A stretch of DNA of 64,000 nt from Trueperaceae bacterium (GCA_034520945.1 JAXHNB010000006.1:96001-160000), one strand, 5' to 3'; shown: positions 54,176 through 64,000, counted from the first letter of the stretch. The notes: generated by a model not told the origin, from the letters alone. Numbers and translations are program-made.

Positions 54176-56953
54176 ATGATTCCCCGTTGGGCTCGGCTCG
54201 CCCCGCCGTCCACACGCACGATGCTCGCCGTGGTTCTGGCCGCGGTGCTGCTGGGCGTCGCCACCGCCGCGCCGCCCCGCCCCGCCCTCGGTGCCAACGA
54301 GGAGGGGCGGGCGGACGCCGGCTCGCATCCCGAAGGGGGACCGTGGTCCGTCCGTGCCGGCGGCGTTCGGGTGGTGGTGCCGGCCGAGGGGTGGCTGCCG
54401 TACGCCCGCGAGCTGGCCGGCACCTACCGGCGGGCCTCTGCAGTGGCGGCCGCGTTCTGGGACGTTCCGGCCCCCGAGGTGACCGTCGTCCTGGACGCGG
54501 CGGACGACGTGTTCAACGCCTTCGTCGATCCGGTGACCGGCCCGAGCGTGCACGTGCGCCTTCGCGGACCGATGGCGGGCGGCATCGGCATGGACGCGGT
54601 CGATCCCAGCTACCTGCTGGCGGTGCACGAGATGGTGCACGTCGTCCACTTCGCTTCGCGGCCCGGCAGCGCGCCCCTCGATACCGGCCTCGTGGGTGGG
54701 AGTCTGCCGTTCCCCCCGCCGGCGTGGCTGCTGGAGGGGGTGGCGGTGTGGGCCGAGAGCCGGCGGGTGCCCGGCGGCGGCGGGCGGTTGGACGACGCCG
54801 ATGCGCGGGGGGTGCTGCGACTTCTGGCCGCGGAGGGGAACTGGCCGTCGTTGGACGACGCGGCGCTGATCACGCACGACGCCTGGCCCGGCGGGCAGGT
54901 CCGCTACCTGCTCGGCGGCGCGTTCGTGGACCTCCTGATTCGCCGCGAGGGCCTGCCGGCCTTCCGCGACGCCGTCGCCGCGTTCGACGCGCAGCCGCCA
55001 TGGCTGGGGTTCGACGCGGCCTGGAGAAGGGTGACGGGCGGCGATCTGCAGGCGGCCTGGTCGGCGTTGCGGGCGGAGCTGGCCGCGGAAGCCGAGGCGT
55101 ACCCCGACACGGCGCCGGCGGCGTGGGCGTCCGGGGACGCCCCGGTGCGCGCGCCGGGTGGGGACCGCTTGGCGTGGCGGGACGGCGCCGCATTGCGGGT
55201 GGCCGCCTGGCCGACCGAGGGGCCGGAGGGGACGCTGGGGACGGAGGGGCGCTACGACCTCTCGGCGGTGCCGTCACGGCCGACATGGTGGGGCTCAGGG
55301 CGGTTGGCGTATGCGCGCCTGGATCCCCGACCGGGAGGGCGGTTGCGTGAACTCTTCGCCCTGGACCTGACCACCGGCGCCGAGCGGCGCCTGACCCGCG
55401 GTGCGCGCGCCTTCTTCCCCGCCGCGCTCCCCGGGGGCTGCCTGGCGTACGTGCGGCACGACGAGGCGCACGGCTCGGCCGTCGCCCGCTGGTGCGAGGG
55501 CGGAAGCGGCGCCGGCACGGTGGCGTGGCGTGCCCCCGCCGGCGTCCGGATCGCCGGGCTGGCGGCGTCGCCGCGCGGACGCGTGGCGCTGGTGCGGGTC
55601 CAGAACGGCGCATCCACGCTGGCCGAGCTGGTGGACCCGTGGGGCGCCCCGTCGCTCCGTCCCTTGCCGGCGCCGGGGGGCGCCCTGCGCGACCCGGTCT
55701 GGGACGGCGAGGACGCCCTTCTGGTACGCAGCGACCGCAGCGGCAGCTTCGAGAGTTGGCAGGTGCGGCTGAACGAGGGCACCTGGCAACGGCGCACCGC
55801 CACGCGCGGCGGCGTCACCGGCCACGACGCAGGCGTGGTGGCGGTGCGCCGCGTGGACGGGCCGCAGCTGGTGCCCCGGCCGGAGCCCGACCCGGACCTT
55901 CCCGGCGGCGGCACGGATCGAGGCGCACCGGCGGACGTGCCGCGGGCGTCCGCGCTGCCGCCGGACGCCCCCGACCTCGACGTCGCGCCGTCGGACGCCG
56001 AGATGGTGACGGCGCCGTACCGGCCCACGGCGGCGCTGCGACCCATCGGGTGGCTCCCGTCGGGGCCGCCGTCGGGTCGTGGCTTCGGCGTGACGGGCTG
56101 GGCGACGGAGCCGACCGGCCGGCTGGCGCTGAGGGGCACGCTCGGGGTCGTGCCGGGCCCAGGCGGGCCGCTCGGCCCCGCCTACGCGGCGCTGGAGGCG
56201 CGCCTGGGGGACGCGGCGCCGGTCGCCACGCCGGCCCGCCCCGCCCCGTTCCGGGCGCGCCTTCGGCTGGGCGTGCTCCCGTACGCGCCGCACCTGGGCA
56301 CCCCGACCGGGCCGGTCCCTCGCCTGGACGCGTCGTTCGCGCCGGTATTGCAGCGAGCGCCGACCGTGCGCGCGCGCCTGGAGGGCGGCATGCTGCGGCT
56401 GCCGGACGGTCGCGTGCGCGTGCGGGCCGCGGCGCGCCTGGCCGCCAGCTCGGGCCGCGTGGACGCGTGGGGCGTGCCGGTGGCGGGCTGGTCGACCGCC
56501 GCGTCGGTGCGGGCCGATCCGATTCCGGCGGGCGGAACCTCGGCGGGTGCGTGGTTGGACGCGGCGGGCTGGCACGGCACGGCCCTGCCGGGACGTCCGG
56601 TGGCGTCGGCGTCGCTGCGGGCGGGCTGGCGACCGCCCGCCCCGGCGCCGCGGGGCGCGTGGGGCGACGTGGCCGGCACGATTCGGGCGTCGCTCCGTTG
56701 GACCGTGCCGGTGCGGGCCCGCTGGGGCGGGGCGCGCCTGGCGCTGGAGCGGGTTCGCCTGGAGCCCGGGGTGCGCCTTCAGGTGGCGGCCGGCGATCCG
56801 TGGCGGGCGTCGTGGGGGCTCGAGGCGCTCGTCGCGGCCGACGGCGTGGTGGGCTACCTCGCGCCGGCGTCGCTGGCCGTCCGGGCGGGGTTGACGGGCG
56901 GGCGTGCCGGCGTGGGGGCCTGGGCGTCGTTGGGTCTGCCGCTGCTACGGTGA
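54176..56953 (+). CDS. Large exported protein: gluzincin-like domain, beta-propeller-like region, beta-strand-rich C-terminus
   Basis: Signal-like MLAVVLAAVLLGVATA; HEMVH and PAWLLEGVAVWAES; TolB-like LFALDLTTGAERRLT; PYRP...LRP.GWLP followed by amphipathic strands. Confidence 0.7.
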   Translation: MIPRWARLAPPSTRTMLAVVLAAVLLGVATAAPPRPALGANEEGRADAGSHPEGGPWSVRAGGVRVVVPAEGWLPYARELAGTYRRASAVAAAFWDVPAPEVTVVLDAADDVFNAFVDPVTGPSVHVRLRGPMAGGIGMDAVDPSYLLAVHEMVHVVHFASRPGSAPLDTGLVGGSLPFPPPAWLLEGVAVWAESRRVPGGGGRLDDADARGVLRLLAAEGNWPSLDDAALITHDAWPGGQVRYLLGGAFVDLLIRREGLPAFRDAVAAFDAQPPWLGFDAAWRRVTGGDLQAAWSALRAELAAEAEAYPDTAPAAWASGDAPVRAPGGDRLAWRDGAALRVAAWPTEGPEGTLGTEGRYDLSAVPSRPTWWGSGRLAYARLDPRPGGRLRELFALDLTTGAERRLTRGARAFFPAALPGGCLAYVRHDEAHGSAVARWCEGGSGAGTVAWRAPAGVRIAGLAASPRGRVALVRVQNGASTLAELVDPWGAPSLRPLPAPGGALRDPVWDGEDALLVRSDRSGSFESWQVRLNEGTWQRRTATRGGVTGHDAGVVAVRRVDGPQLVPRPEPDPDLPGGGTDRGAPADVPRASALPPDAPDLDVAPSDAEMVTAPYRPTAALRPIGWLPSGPPSGRGFGVTGWATEPTGRLALRGTLGVVPGPGGPLGPAYAALEARLGDAAPVATPARPAPFRARLRLGVLPYAPHLGTPTGPVPRLDASFAPVLQRAPTVRARLEGGMLRLPDGRVRVRAAARLAASSGRVDAWGVPVAGWSTAASVRADPIPAGGTSAGAWLDAAGWHGTALPGRPVASASLRAGWRPPAPAPRGAWGDVAGTIRASLRWTVPVRARWGGARLALERVRLEPGVRLQVAAGDPWRASWGLEALVAADGVVGYLAPASLAVRAGLTGGRAGVGAWASLGLPLLR

Positions 56954-57013
56954 GCGCGTTGGCGGGTTCGCCCGGCCTCGTGGCGGGCGCGGCGCGCTGC
57001 TAGCATGGCAGGG

Positions 57014-59267
57014 ATGGCGTCCGTCGCGCAGTCGTCGCTGTTCCAGGCCGAAGGCGAGCCGCTCGCGGCGCGCATGCGGCCGCGCACGCTGGAGGAGTTC
57101 ATCGGCCAGGACCACATCCTGGGGCCGGGCCGGTTGTTGCGCCGGGCGATCCAGGCCGACCGGTTGTCCAGCGTGATCTTCCACGGCCCGCCGGGGACCG
57201 GCAAGACCACCCTGGCGCGGGTCGTCGCGGGGTCGACGCGGGCGGAGTTCATTGCGCTGAACGCGGTGCTGTCCGGCGTGAAGGACGTCCGCGAGGCCGT
57301 GGCGGCCGCCGCGGAGCGCCAGCGACGTGGGGGCCGGACGCTGCTGTTCGTCGACGAGGTCCATCGCTTCAACAAGGCCCAGCAGGACGCCCTGCTCCCC
57401 TCGGTCGAGGCGGGGGTGGTGACCTTCATCGGTGCGACCACCGAGAACCCGTTCTTCGAGGTGAACAAGGCGCTGGTGTCTCGCAGCCGCGTGTTCCAGT
57501 TGGTGCCTTTGGAGCAAGGCGATCTGCGGCGCGTGGCGGAGGCGGCGCTGCGCGATCCGGAGCGTGGCTTCGGGCGCATCTCGGTGGCGGTGGACGAGGA
57601 GGCGCTGGCGCACCTGGCGGAGGTCGCCAACGGCGACGCCCGCTCGTTGTTGAACGCGTTGGAGCTGGCCGTCGCCACCACCGAGCCGGATGAGGCGGGC
57701 GTGGTGCGGGTGGACCGGCCCACCGCCGAGGCGTCGATCCAGCGGCGGGCCGTGCTGTACGACAAGGAGGGCGACGCGCACTTCGACGTGATCAGCGCCT
57801 TCATCAAGAGCGTGCGTGGTTCGGACCCGGACGCGGCGCTGTACTGGCTGGCGAAGATGGTCTACGCCGGGGAGGACCCCCGCTTCGTGTTGCGGCGGTT
57901 GCGCATCCTGGCGGCCGAGGACGTGGGGTTGGCCGACCCCCACGCGCTGGTCCACACCGAGGCGGCGGCGCAGGCGTTCGAGGCGGTGGGCATGCCGGAG
58001 GGACGCTTCCACCTGGCGCAGGCGACGCTGTACCTGGCCAACGCGCCGAAGTCGAACAGTACCCTGGCCTTCTTCGACGCCCTGGCGGCGGTCGAGAACG
58101 AGACCGACGCCGGCGTGCCGTCGCACCTCAAGGACGCCAACCGCGACGCGAAAGGCTTCGGGCACGGCCAGGGCTACCTCTACCCCCACGCCTACCGGGA
58201 TCACTGGGTGGCGCAGCAGTACCTCCCGGACGCGTTGCAGGGACGCATGTTCTACCGCCCCACGGAGCGCGGGGCGGAGGCGGCGGTGCGGGAGGCGGTG
58301 GCGCGCCGGCGCGAAGCGCAGCTGGCCGCCATGCTGGACGATGACGCGCAGGCGCCGCCCGAGATCCTGTCGGTGGCGCCGGACGACGCGGCGCGGGACC
58401 GGTGGGCGGCGCGTACCGCTTCGGGCCGGGGGGAGCGGCTGGGCGCACTGCGGGAGGCGGTCTTCGCGCGCCTGGCGCCCGCGAGGCACCACCGCGTGCT
58501 GGACCTGTCGGCCGGGAGCGGCCTGTTCGTGTTCGAGGCGTTGCGGCGCTGCCCCGAGGGGCAGGTGTGGGCGCGCGTGGACGACGCGCGGGCGGCGGAG
58601 GTGATCGAACGGGCAGGCGTCCGCCCTGCCCGAGCTGCAGCGTCCGGTGGTGCGGGTGGCGGCCGAGGCGGAGGCCCCGGCCGTGATCGAAGCGGCGTGG
58701 GCCGAGGCGGCGGGCGCGCCGGGATCGGTGCCGGCGTTCGACCGCATGGTGGCGCTGCGGTCGTTGGCCGTCCGTCACGGCGACGAGGCGTACCTGCGGG
58801 CGGTGCGGGGCCTGGCAGCGCCGGAGGGGGTGGCGGCGTTCGTCGATCCGCTGCCCGCCCAGGGAACGCGCCTGGTCGACGTGCTTCCCGCGGAGGGCGT
58901 GTCGTCCGAGGCGCGGGAGGCGGTGCGCGCGGCGGAGGAGGAGGCCTATCGCCACTCGGAGGACCCCCGCTTCCGCTTCGCGCCGGAGGCGGGCGTCGCG
59001 GCGCTGCGCGCGGCGGGCTGGGCGGTGCACCGGGCCGAGACGGTCGACCTGGAGGAGACGCGGGTCTTCCCGGCGCGGGCGTTGGACCGGTGGTTCGCGG
59101 CCGGCGCGCCGTTCCGGGAACGATTGGCGGCCCACGGGCTGGACGACGCCGGCGTGGCGGCGGTCGAGCGCCCCCTCCGCGCGGCGCTTCAGGAGCGCGA
59201 GGTGTCGTGGCGGACGCGGTGGTCCATCATCACGGCCGGACCCGCCGCCGACGACGAGGCGGACTGA
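57014..59267 (+). CDS. rarA: Replication-associated recombination protein A with C-terminal methyltransferase-like extension; frameshift near 58612
   Basis: PLAARMRPRTLEE, GPPGTGKTT, FVDEVHRFNKAQQD, GATTENP, SAFIKSVRGSDPD, YLYPH; then RVLDLSAGSG. Removing one G at 58611-58613 joins it to ORF 58647-59267. Confidence 0.85.
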
Positions 59268-59303
59268 GCGCCGCGTTGGGCGCCATTGCGGCGCGTTTCT
59301 GTG

Positions 59304-59337
59304 CGTCGTCCCCCCTCCGTGCGAGGGGGGGACGACG
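59304..59337. terminator. Hairpin between convergent rarA and permease genes
   Basis: CGTCGTCCCCCCTC/GAGGGGGGGACGACG near-perfect stem (C6 versus G7). Confidence 0.6.
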
Positions 59338-59341
59338 TTCG

Positions 59342-60232
59342 TCACTTGCTGTCGGACAGCGCGAAGCCGCGCATGAACTGCTCCTGCAGCAGCATGAACA
59401 CGATCAGCGGCGGGACCAGGCTGACGATCGCGCCGGCCATCACGTAGCCCCACTCGACCCCTTCGCCGGTGCCGATGATCAGGTTCAGGCCCACCTGCAC
59501 GACCTGGAACTCCTCGCGGCGGATGATGACCTTGGGCCACAGGTACTGGTTCCAGACGTAGACGAACTCGATCACGGCCAGTGCGCCGATGGTGTTCCAG
59601 CTCATCGGGATCAGCACGCGCTGCAGGAACTGCCAGGGCGTGGCTCCGTCGATGCGGGCGGCGTCGGCGAGGGTGGTCGGGATCGACATGAAGTGCTGCC
59701 GGAACAAGAAGGTGCCCGTGGCCGACGCCAGGAACGGAACGATCAACGCCCAGTAGGTGTTGGCCCAGCCGAAGCCGTACTGCGCCGGCTGGAACAGGAT
59801 CTTGTCCGGCCGCGAGATCCACGAGAAGAACGCCGACCACGTCTCGGGCGGCTGCAGGCTGATCACGTCGAACAACGGCACCACCAGCACCTGGATCGGC
59901 ATCATCAACGTCAACAGGATCAGGCCGAAGATCACCCGCTTGAACGGGAAACGGAAGTACACCAGCGCCATGCCGGCCATCAGCGACAGGGTGGTCTTGC
60001 CGACCGTGACCGCGATGGCCACGATGAACGAGTTGCGCATGAACACGATCAGGTTGGCGTTCAGGAACACGTTGCGAAGGTTCTCCATCAACGCCGGGCC
60101 GGGGATCAGGCTGGCGGAAAGGACCTCGCTGCGGATCTGCGTCGCCTTGATCAGCGCGAACACGATCGGAAACGCCACCACCACGCACGCCACGATCAGC
60201 ACCAGGTGAAGGATCAACGTGTTGCGGCGCAT
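59342..60232 (-). CDS. Carbohydrate ABC permease (UgpE-like)
   Basis: ASATGTFLFRQHFMSIP..LADAARIDGA, WNQYLWP. Confidence 0.88.
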   Translation of the reverse strand: MRRNTLILHLVLIVACVVVAFPIVFALIKATQIRSEVLSASLIPGPALMENLRNVFLNANLIVFMRNSFIVAIAVTVGKTTLSLMAGMALVYFRFPFKRVIFGLILLTLMMPIQVLVVPLFDVISLQPPETWSAFFSWISRPDKILFQPAQYGFGWANTYWALIVPFLASATGTFLFRQHFMSIPTTLADAARIDGATPWQFLQRVLIPMSWNTIGALAVIEFVYVWNQYLWPKVIIRREEFQVVQVGLNLIIGTGEGVEWGYVMAGAIVSLVPPLIVFMLLQEQFMRGFALSDSK

Positions 60233-61161
60233 CAGTTGTCTCCGTACTGCACGCGGCGTGCCCCGTAGCGGAACTGCAGCAGGGTAATGATGATGGTGAA
60301 CAATAGGATCACGTTCCCGAGCGTGGCGGCCAGGCCGGTGTTGCCGCTACCGCCGAAGCCGTCGACCGTCACCTGGTAGATCATGGTGGTGGTGATGCCG
60401 GCTTCGTCGAACGGCCGCGGACCGATGGGGCCGCCCCGCGTGACGATGTCGATCAGGCCGTACGACTCGAAGAACGCGAACGTAAGATTGGTGAACAGCA
60501 GGAAGAACGTCATCGGGGACAGCATCGGCACGGTGATGCGGAGGAAGCGTTGCACCGGGGTCGCGCCGTCGATGGCGGCGGCTTCGCCGAGCTCCTTGGG
60601 CACGTTTTGGAGTGCGGCCAGGTAGAACACGATGTTGTAGCCCAGGTTCTTCCAGACCGACGCCACCACGACCAGTCCGAACGCGAGAACCGGCGTGTCC
60701 AGCCAGCGTGGGCGCACCCCGAACCAGTCGCCCAGCACCTGGTTCACGCTGCCGATCTCCGGATTGAACATGAACAGGAAGATGGTGCCGGCGATGGCGG
60801 GCGACAGCGCGAACGGCCAGATCAGCAGCAGGCGGTAGATCCGCGCGCCCCGCACGTCCTGGCTGGCCAGGGTCGCCAGCACGATCGAGATCGACAGGCC
60901 CACCGCGATGACCAGGAAGCCGTACAGGAACGTCTGGCCGACCACCTGCAAATACGTCGACGCGAGCTCGCCCGCGAACATGAACTGGTAGTTCTCGAAC
61001 CCGACGAACTGGCGCGTGTTCAGGAACAGATTGGAGCGGTGCAACGACAGCACCCAAGCCTGGATCGCGGGATAGTACAGGAATACCAGCAGGATGACGA
61101 ACGACGGCATCAGCAGCAGCCACGGCAGGAACCGGCTCTTGAATACGGCGTTGTCCTTCAT
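60232..61161 (-). CDS. Carbohydrate ABC permease (UgpA-like)
   Basis: FKSRFLPWLLL, LLIWPFALSPAIAG, WKNLGYN, EAAAIDGA, LQFRY..RRVQY. Confidence 0.88.
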   Translation of the reverse strand: MKDNAVFKSRFLPWLLLMPSFVILLVFLYYPAIQAWVLSLHRSNLFLNTRQFVGFENYQFMFAGELASTYLQVVGQTFLYGFLVIAVGLSISIVLATLASQDVRGARIYRLLLIWPFALSPAIAGTIFLFMFNPEIGSVNQVLGDWFGVRPRWLDTPVLAFGLVVVASVWKNLGYNIVFYLAALQNVPKELGEAAAIDGATPVQRFLRITVPMLSPMTFFLLFTNLTFAFFESYGLIDIVTRGGPIGPRPFDEAGITTTMIYQVTVDGFGGSGNTGLAATLGNVILLFTIIITLLQFRYGARRVQYGDN

Positions 61162-61190
61162 GCAGCCCTTCGAACTCCCTTCGACACCTC

Positions 61191-61222
61191 AAAGAAGGCG
61201 GGCCGGGGTCCGGCCCGCCTTC
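61191..61222 (-). terminator. Intra-operon stem-loop after the SBP gene (partial terminator / mRNA stabiliser)
   Basis: 13-bp stem GAAGGCGGGCCGG/CCGGCCCGCCTTC followed by TTT on the minus strand. Confidence 0.6.
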
Positions 61223-61249
61223 CCGTTCCCTCGGGCGTGGGCCGAAGGG

Positions 61250-62560
61250 TCAGAAGTTGGCGTTGTACTCCTCGAGGCGGGCGTTCGCTTCGCGCGTGGC
61301 GCGCTGCATGGCCTGCTCGACGGTGGAGCTGCCGTTGTAGATCCGCTGCAGGGCTTCCTCGATGATGGTGCGCGTCTCGAGGAAGGAGCCGAGCAGGGCG
61401 CCGGCGGTGGCCTGGTTGGGGATGGTGTCCAGCAGCTGCTCGAAGGCGACGGCGAAGTTCGGGTTCTCTTCGAACCAGCCCTCTTGTTCGAGGAGCTCGA
61501 CCGACGCGTCCACGACGGGGTAGTAGCCGGTCAGCTTGTGCCAGCTGACCATGTTCTCGGCGTTGGTCATGTACAGCGCGAAGTCGCGGGCGACCTCGAG
61601 CTCCTCCTGCGGGTGGCCGGAGGTGAGCCAGACGCTGGCCCCGCCGATGACGACGCCGTTGCGCTCGACCCCGTCGGGGATCGGCAGCAGGCCGGTCCGG
61701 ACGTCGAAGCCGTTCTCTTGGGCGGCGCGGGTGATGTTGCCCGCATCGGCGGTGGAGGTGATGAAGAACACCGACTCCTGGTTGGCGAAGATCGCCTCGG
61801 AGCCGCTCCAGTCCTCCAGCGTGCCGGTGTAGCTGTAGTAGCCACCCTCGGCCAGGTCGGCCATGAACTGACCGATGGTCATCGCCGCCTCGCTGTCCAG
61901 CAGCACCTCGGTGGCGCGCGCGTCACGGCCGTTGCCGTTGTTGACCAGCAGGGCGCCCTGTTCGGCCATCCACTGCTCGAAGAACCAGCTGTGCAGTGGG
62001 AAGGTGATGCAGGACGCGGTGACCGGGCTTTCCTCGATCGCTTCGCAGGCGGAGAGCAGCTCGCCGAACGTCTCGGGCAGGTCCTCGTCGTCGAGGCCGG
62101 CCTCGCTCATGAGCTGCTGGTTGGCGTACAGGATGGGGCTGCTGCTGTTGAACGGGATCGAGTTCACGGCGCCATCGATGGTGTAGTAGTTGATCACCGG
62201 TTCGATGTACTGCTCTTCGTCCAAGCCGCCGAGGTTGCCGATCGGCTCGAAGATGCCGGAGTCGGTCGCCAGCTGGCTGCCGACCTCGAACAGCTGCACC
62301 AGGTGCGGCGGCTGGCCCTGACGCGCGGCGAGGACCGCGGCCTGCAGCGTCTCGCGGTAGCTGCCCTGACGCGTTCCTTCGAGCGCGTAGTCGAGCCCCT
62401 GTTCCTCGAGTTGGGCGTTGTACTCCTCGATGCGGTCCTGGATCCAGCCCGAGCGCGGCGCGTCGCTGAAGCCGTACCAGAACTCGATGGTCTCCTGCGC
62501 CGCGGCGAACGTGCCGGCGGTCAGGAGAGCGGCGAACATGATGGCGAGGATTCGTTTCAT
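61250..62560 (-). CDS. ABC substrate-binding protein (UgpB-like, glycerol-3-phosphate/sugar-phosphate)
   Basis: Signal peptide; GSYRETL, PHLVQLFEVG, SIPFNSSSPILY, IGGASVW, WHKLTGYYP; GGAGG RBS. Confidence 0.85.
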   Translation of the reverse strand: MKRILAIMFAALLTAGTFAAAQETIEFWYGFSDAPRSGWIQDRIEEYNAQLEEQGLDYALEGTRQGSYRETLQAAVLAARQGQPPHLVQLFEVGSQLATDSGIFEPIGNLGGLDEEQYIEPVINYYTIDGAVNSIPFNSSSPILYANQQLMSEAGLDDEDLPETFGELLSACEAIEESPVTASCITFPLHSWFFEQWMAEQGALLVNNGNGRDARATEVLLDSEAAMTIGQFMADLAEGGYYSYTGTLEDWSGSEAIFANQESVFFITSTADAGNITRAAQENGFDVRTGLLPIPDGVERNGVVIGGASVWLTSGHPQEELEVARDFALYMTNAENMVSWHKLTGYYPVVDASVELLEQEGWFEENPNFAVAFEQLLDTIPNQATAGALLGSFLETRTIIEEALQRIYNGSSTVEQAMQRATREANARLEEYNANF

Positions 62561-62790
62561 AGTGCCTCCTTGGAATCGGTGCGCGCGGCCCGGTCGTTCC
62601 GGGACGTGCACCCGTAGGCTGCCCTCTCCGCGTCAGCGGAGCGTCAGCGCGAATTGAGGGCTAGTGATCAATGTAGCAGACGTGCGAACCCGTGTCGCGA
62701 GGGGGCGCCCCGTGACGCGGGCGTCACCGTCGGGGACGGCCGCGCCGGGTGCGAAGGCGCGGGGCTACGGGCGCGCGCCTCGACGAGCGT

Positions 62791-64000
62791 TCACAGGACC
62801 AGCGCGCGCGCCCAGGGACTCACCACCGTGGCCACCAGCAACCCCACGTGCAGCGTCAGCATGGCGGCGAGGGGAAGCGTGCCGCTGCGACTGCGTCGGT
62901 ACGCCTCGCCCAACACCAACCCGAACGGCAGCAACAGCAGCACCGGCGTCGCCAGCAGCAACGTCGACAGCCCGGCCGATACCAGCAGCGCCGTGCGGCG
63001 GTCGTAGCGGTGCTCCAAGGCGTCGAACGCGAACGGTCGGAACACCAGCTCGCTGAACGGCAGCGCCAGCAGTGCCAAGATCAGAAGGGGACCGACGTCG
63101 GCGAGGTTGGCCCACAGCGGCCCGAAGGCGGCGGCGTCCGGGCGCCACGCCAGGTACGCGGTCGTGACGACGAGCAGGAGCAGCCCCAACCCCACGCCGG
63201 CCGCCCAGGTGTCCGACGCGCCGAACAGGCGTCGTGCGACGTTCCACCCGTTCTGACGGACGGTGCGAACACTCAACAGGATCGCCACCAGCGTGAACAC
63301 CAGCATCATCACGGCGCGGACCTCGGTCTGCTGGTGCGGCGTGACGGCCGCCAGCATGTTGTCGTACAGCAGCGCCCCCACGCCGACGGCGACCGCCACG
63401 GCGGCCAGGGCGGAGAGCACCAGCACGCCGTACACGCGCCCCACCGACCACGGCTGCGGTCCCTCCGAGACCTCCAGCGTGCTGCGGGACTCGATGCGGC
63501 TCTCCGCCAACAGGTGCGCCACCAGCACGGCCAGCAGCACCAGCAACCACGCCAGCACGTTGCCGCTCAGCAACAGCAACTGGTTGCCACGGCGGCCGGC
63601 CTCGCGCAGGGCGAGCGTGCCGCTCTGCACGTCGCCCTGCCCCAAGTACACCAGGCCGAGGGTACGCAGGTCGCTGGACTGCGCCGCCGTGTCGCGCGTG
63701 CCCCACAGCGCCAGGGCCGTCTCCAGCTGGCCGGCGGCGGCGCCTAGGCTTCCCTCGGCCCACAGGGCGCGCCCCAGCAGCGAGCGGACCCGTGGATCGC
63801 GGTCGTTCCCGGAGAGGCGCTGGTAGGACTCCAGCTGCTGCCGGGCCGCCTCCGGCTCGCCAGTGCGGAGGCGAAGCTCGGCGGCGGCAAGCCGGAAGGT
63901 GACGTCCAGACCGTCGGCGGACACGGCGTTCTCGTAGTGCTCCAACGCGGCGGTCACCCGCCCCTGCGCTTCGGCGACGGCGCCGGATAGGTAGGAGAGG
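62791..64000 (-). CDS. TPR-repeat membrane protein with degenerate CPBP (CAAX protease/Abi)-like C-terminus; 5' end outside window
   Basis: Frame open to the window edge; TPR-like helices (LGRALWAEG, LGLVYLGQG); about 8 TM segments; PFSELVFR and GEAYRRSRSG.LP...LH patterns. Confidence 0.7.
   Translation of the reverse strand, partial: LSYLSGAVAEAQGRVTAALEHYENAVSADGLDVTFRLAAAELRLRTGEPEAARQQLESYQRLSGNDRDPRVRSLLGRALWAEGSLGAAAGQLETALALWGTRDTAAQSSDLRTLGLVYLGQGDVQSGTLALREAGRRGNQLLLLSGNVLAWLLVLLAVLVAHLLAESRIESRSTLEVSEGPQPWSVGRVYGVLVLSALAAVAVAVGVGALLYDNMLAAVTPHQQTEVRAVMMLVFTLVAILLSVRTVRQNGWNVARRLFGASDTWAAGVGLGLLLLVVTTAYLAWRPDAAAFGPLWANLADVGPLLILALLALPFSELVFRPFAFDALEHRYDRRTALLVSAGLSTLLLATPVLLLLPFGLVLGEAYRRSRSGTLPLAAMLTLHVGLLVATVVSPWARALVL

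Noticed and set aside
57005..60268. 1087-aa RarA in the ORF track
   Set aside because: Beyond about 58612 the frame is Gly/Arg-rich nonsense and runs antisense through the permease. This is a consequence of the frameshift.

Overview
High-GC bacterial chromosomal window, most likely Deinococcota (Trueperaceae-like). This is inferred from Thermus-type complex I and branched-chain 2-oxoacid dehydrogenase sequences and from pervasive TANNNT-N5-8-start leaderless gene starts. Content, left to right: a glycerol-type ABC importer operon; citrate synthase; an MgtC/DUF4010 protein; BCKDH E1a/E1b/E2; ppdK; a complete 14-gene nuoA-N operon; a housekeeping block (hydrolase, rhodanese, DinB, ndk, SDR, aspC, OsmC-hydrolase, MATE, amn); a ~3.6 kb lower-GC toxin-antitoxin mosaic (AbiEi/AbiEii, PrlF/truncated YhaV, RHH/PIN, XRE remnant); cation antiporter, MBL, thioesterase, diguanylate cyclase, SDR, HD-GYP and NatAB-like ABC genes; a degenerate FMN-oxidase homologue coupled to ruvA; ald; truB; a large exported zincin/propeller/barrel-like protein; an extended rarA; a ugp-like ABC importer; and a partial TPR-CPBP gene. 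I saw no rRNA, tRNA, CRISPR array, integrase or transposase. The most notable items are the TA island, an unannotated 51-aa membrane ORF inside nuo, loss of all four N7 cluster cysteines in NuoG, the catalytically altered FMN-oxidase homologue overlapping ruvA, and a ~925-aa apparently lysine-free exported protein. Three single-site frameshifts and a garbled rhodanese duplicate suggest consensus/indel errors. All family calls come from motif recognition; no searches were run.
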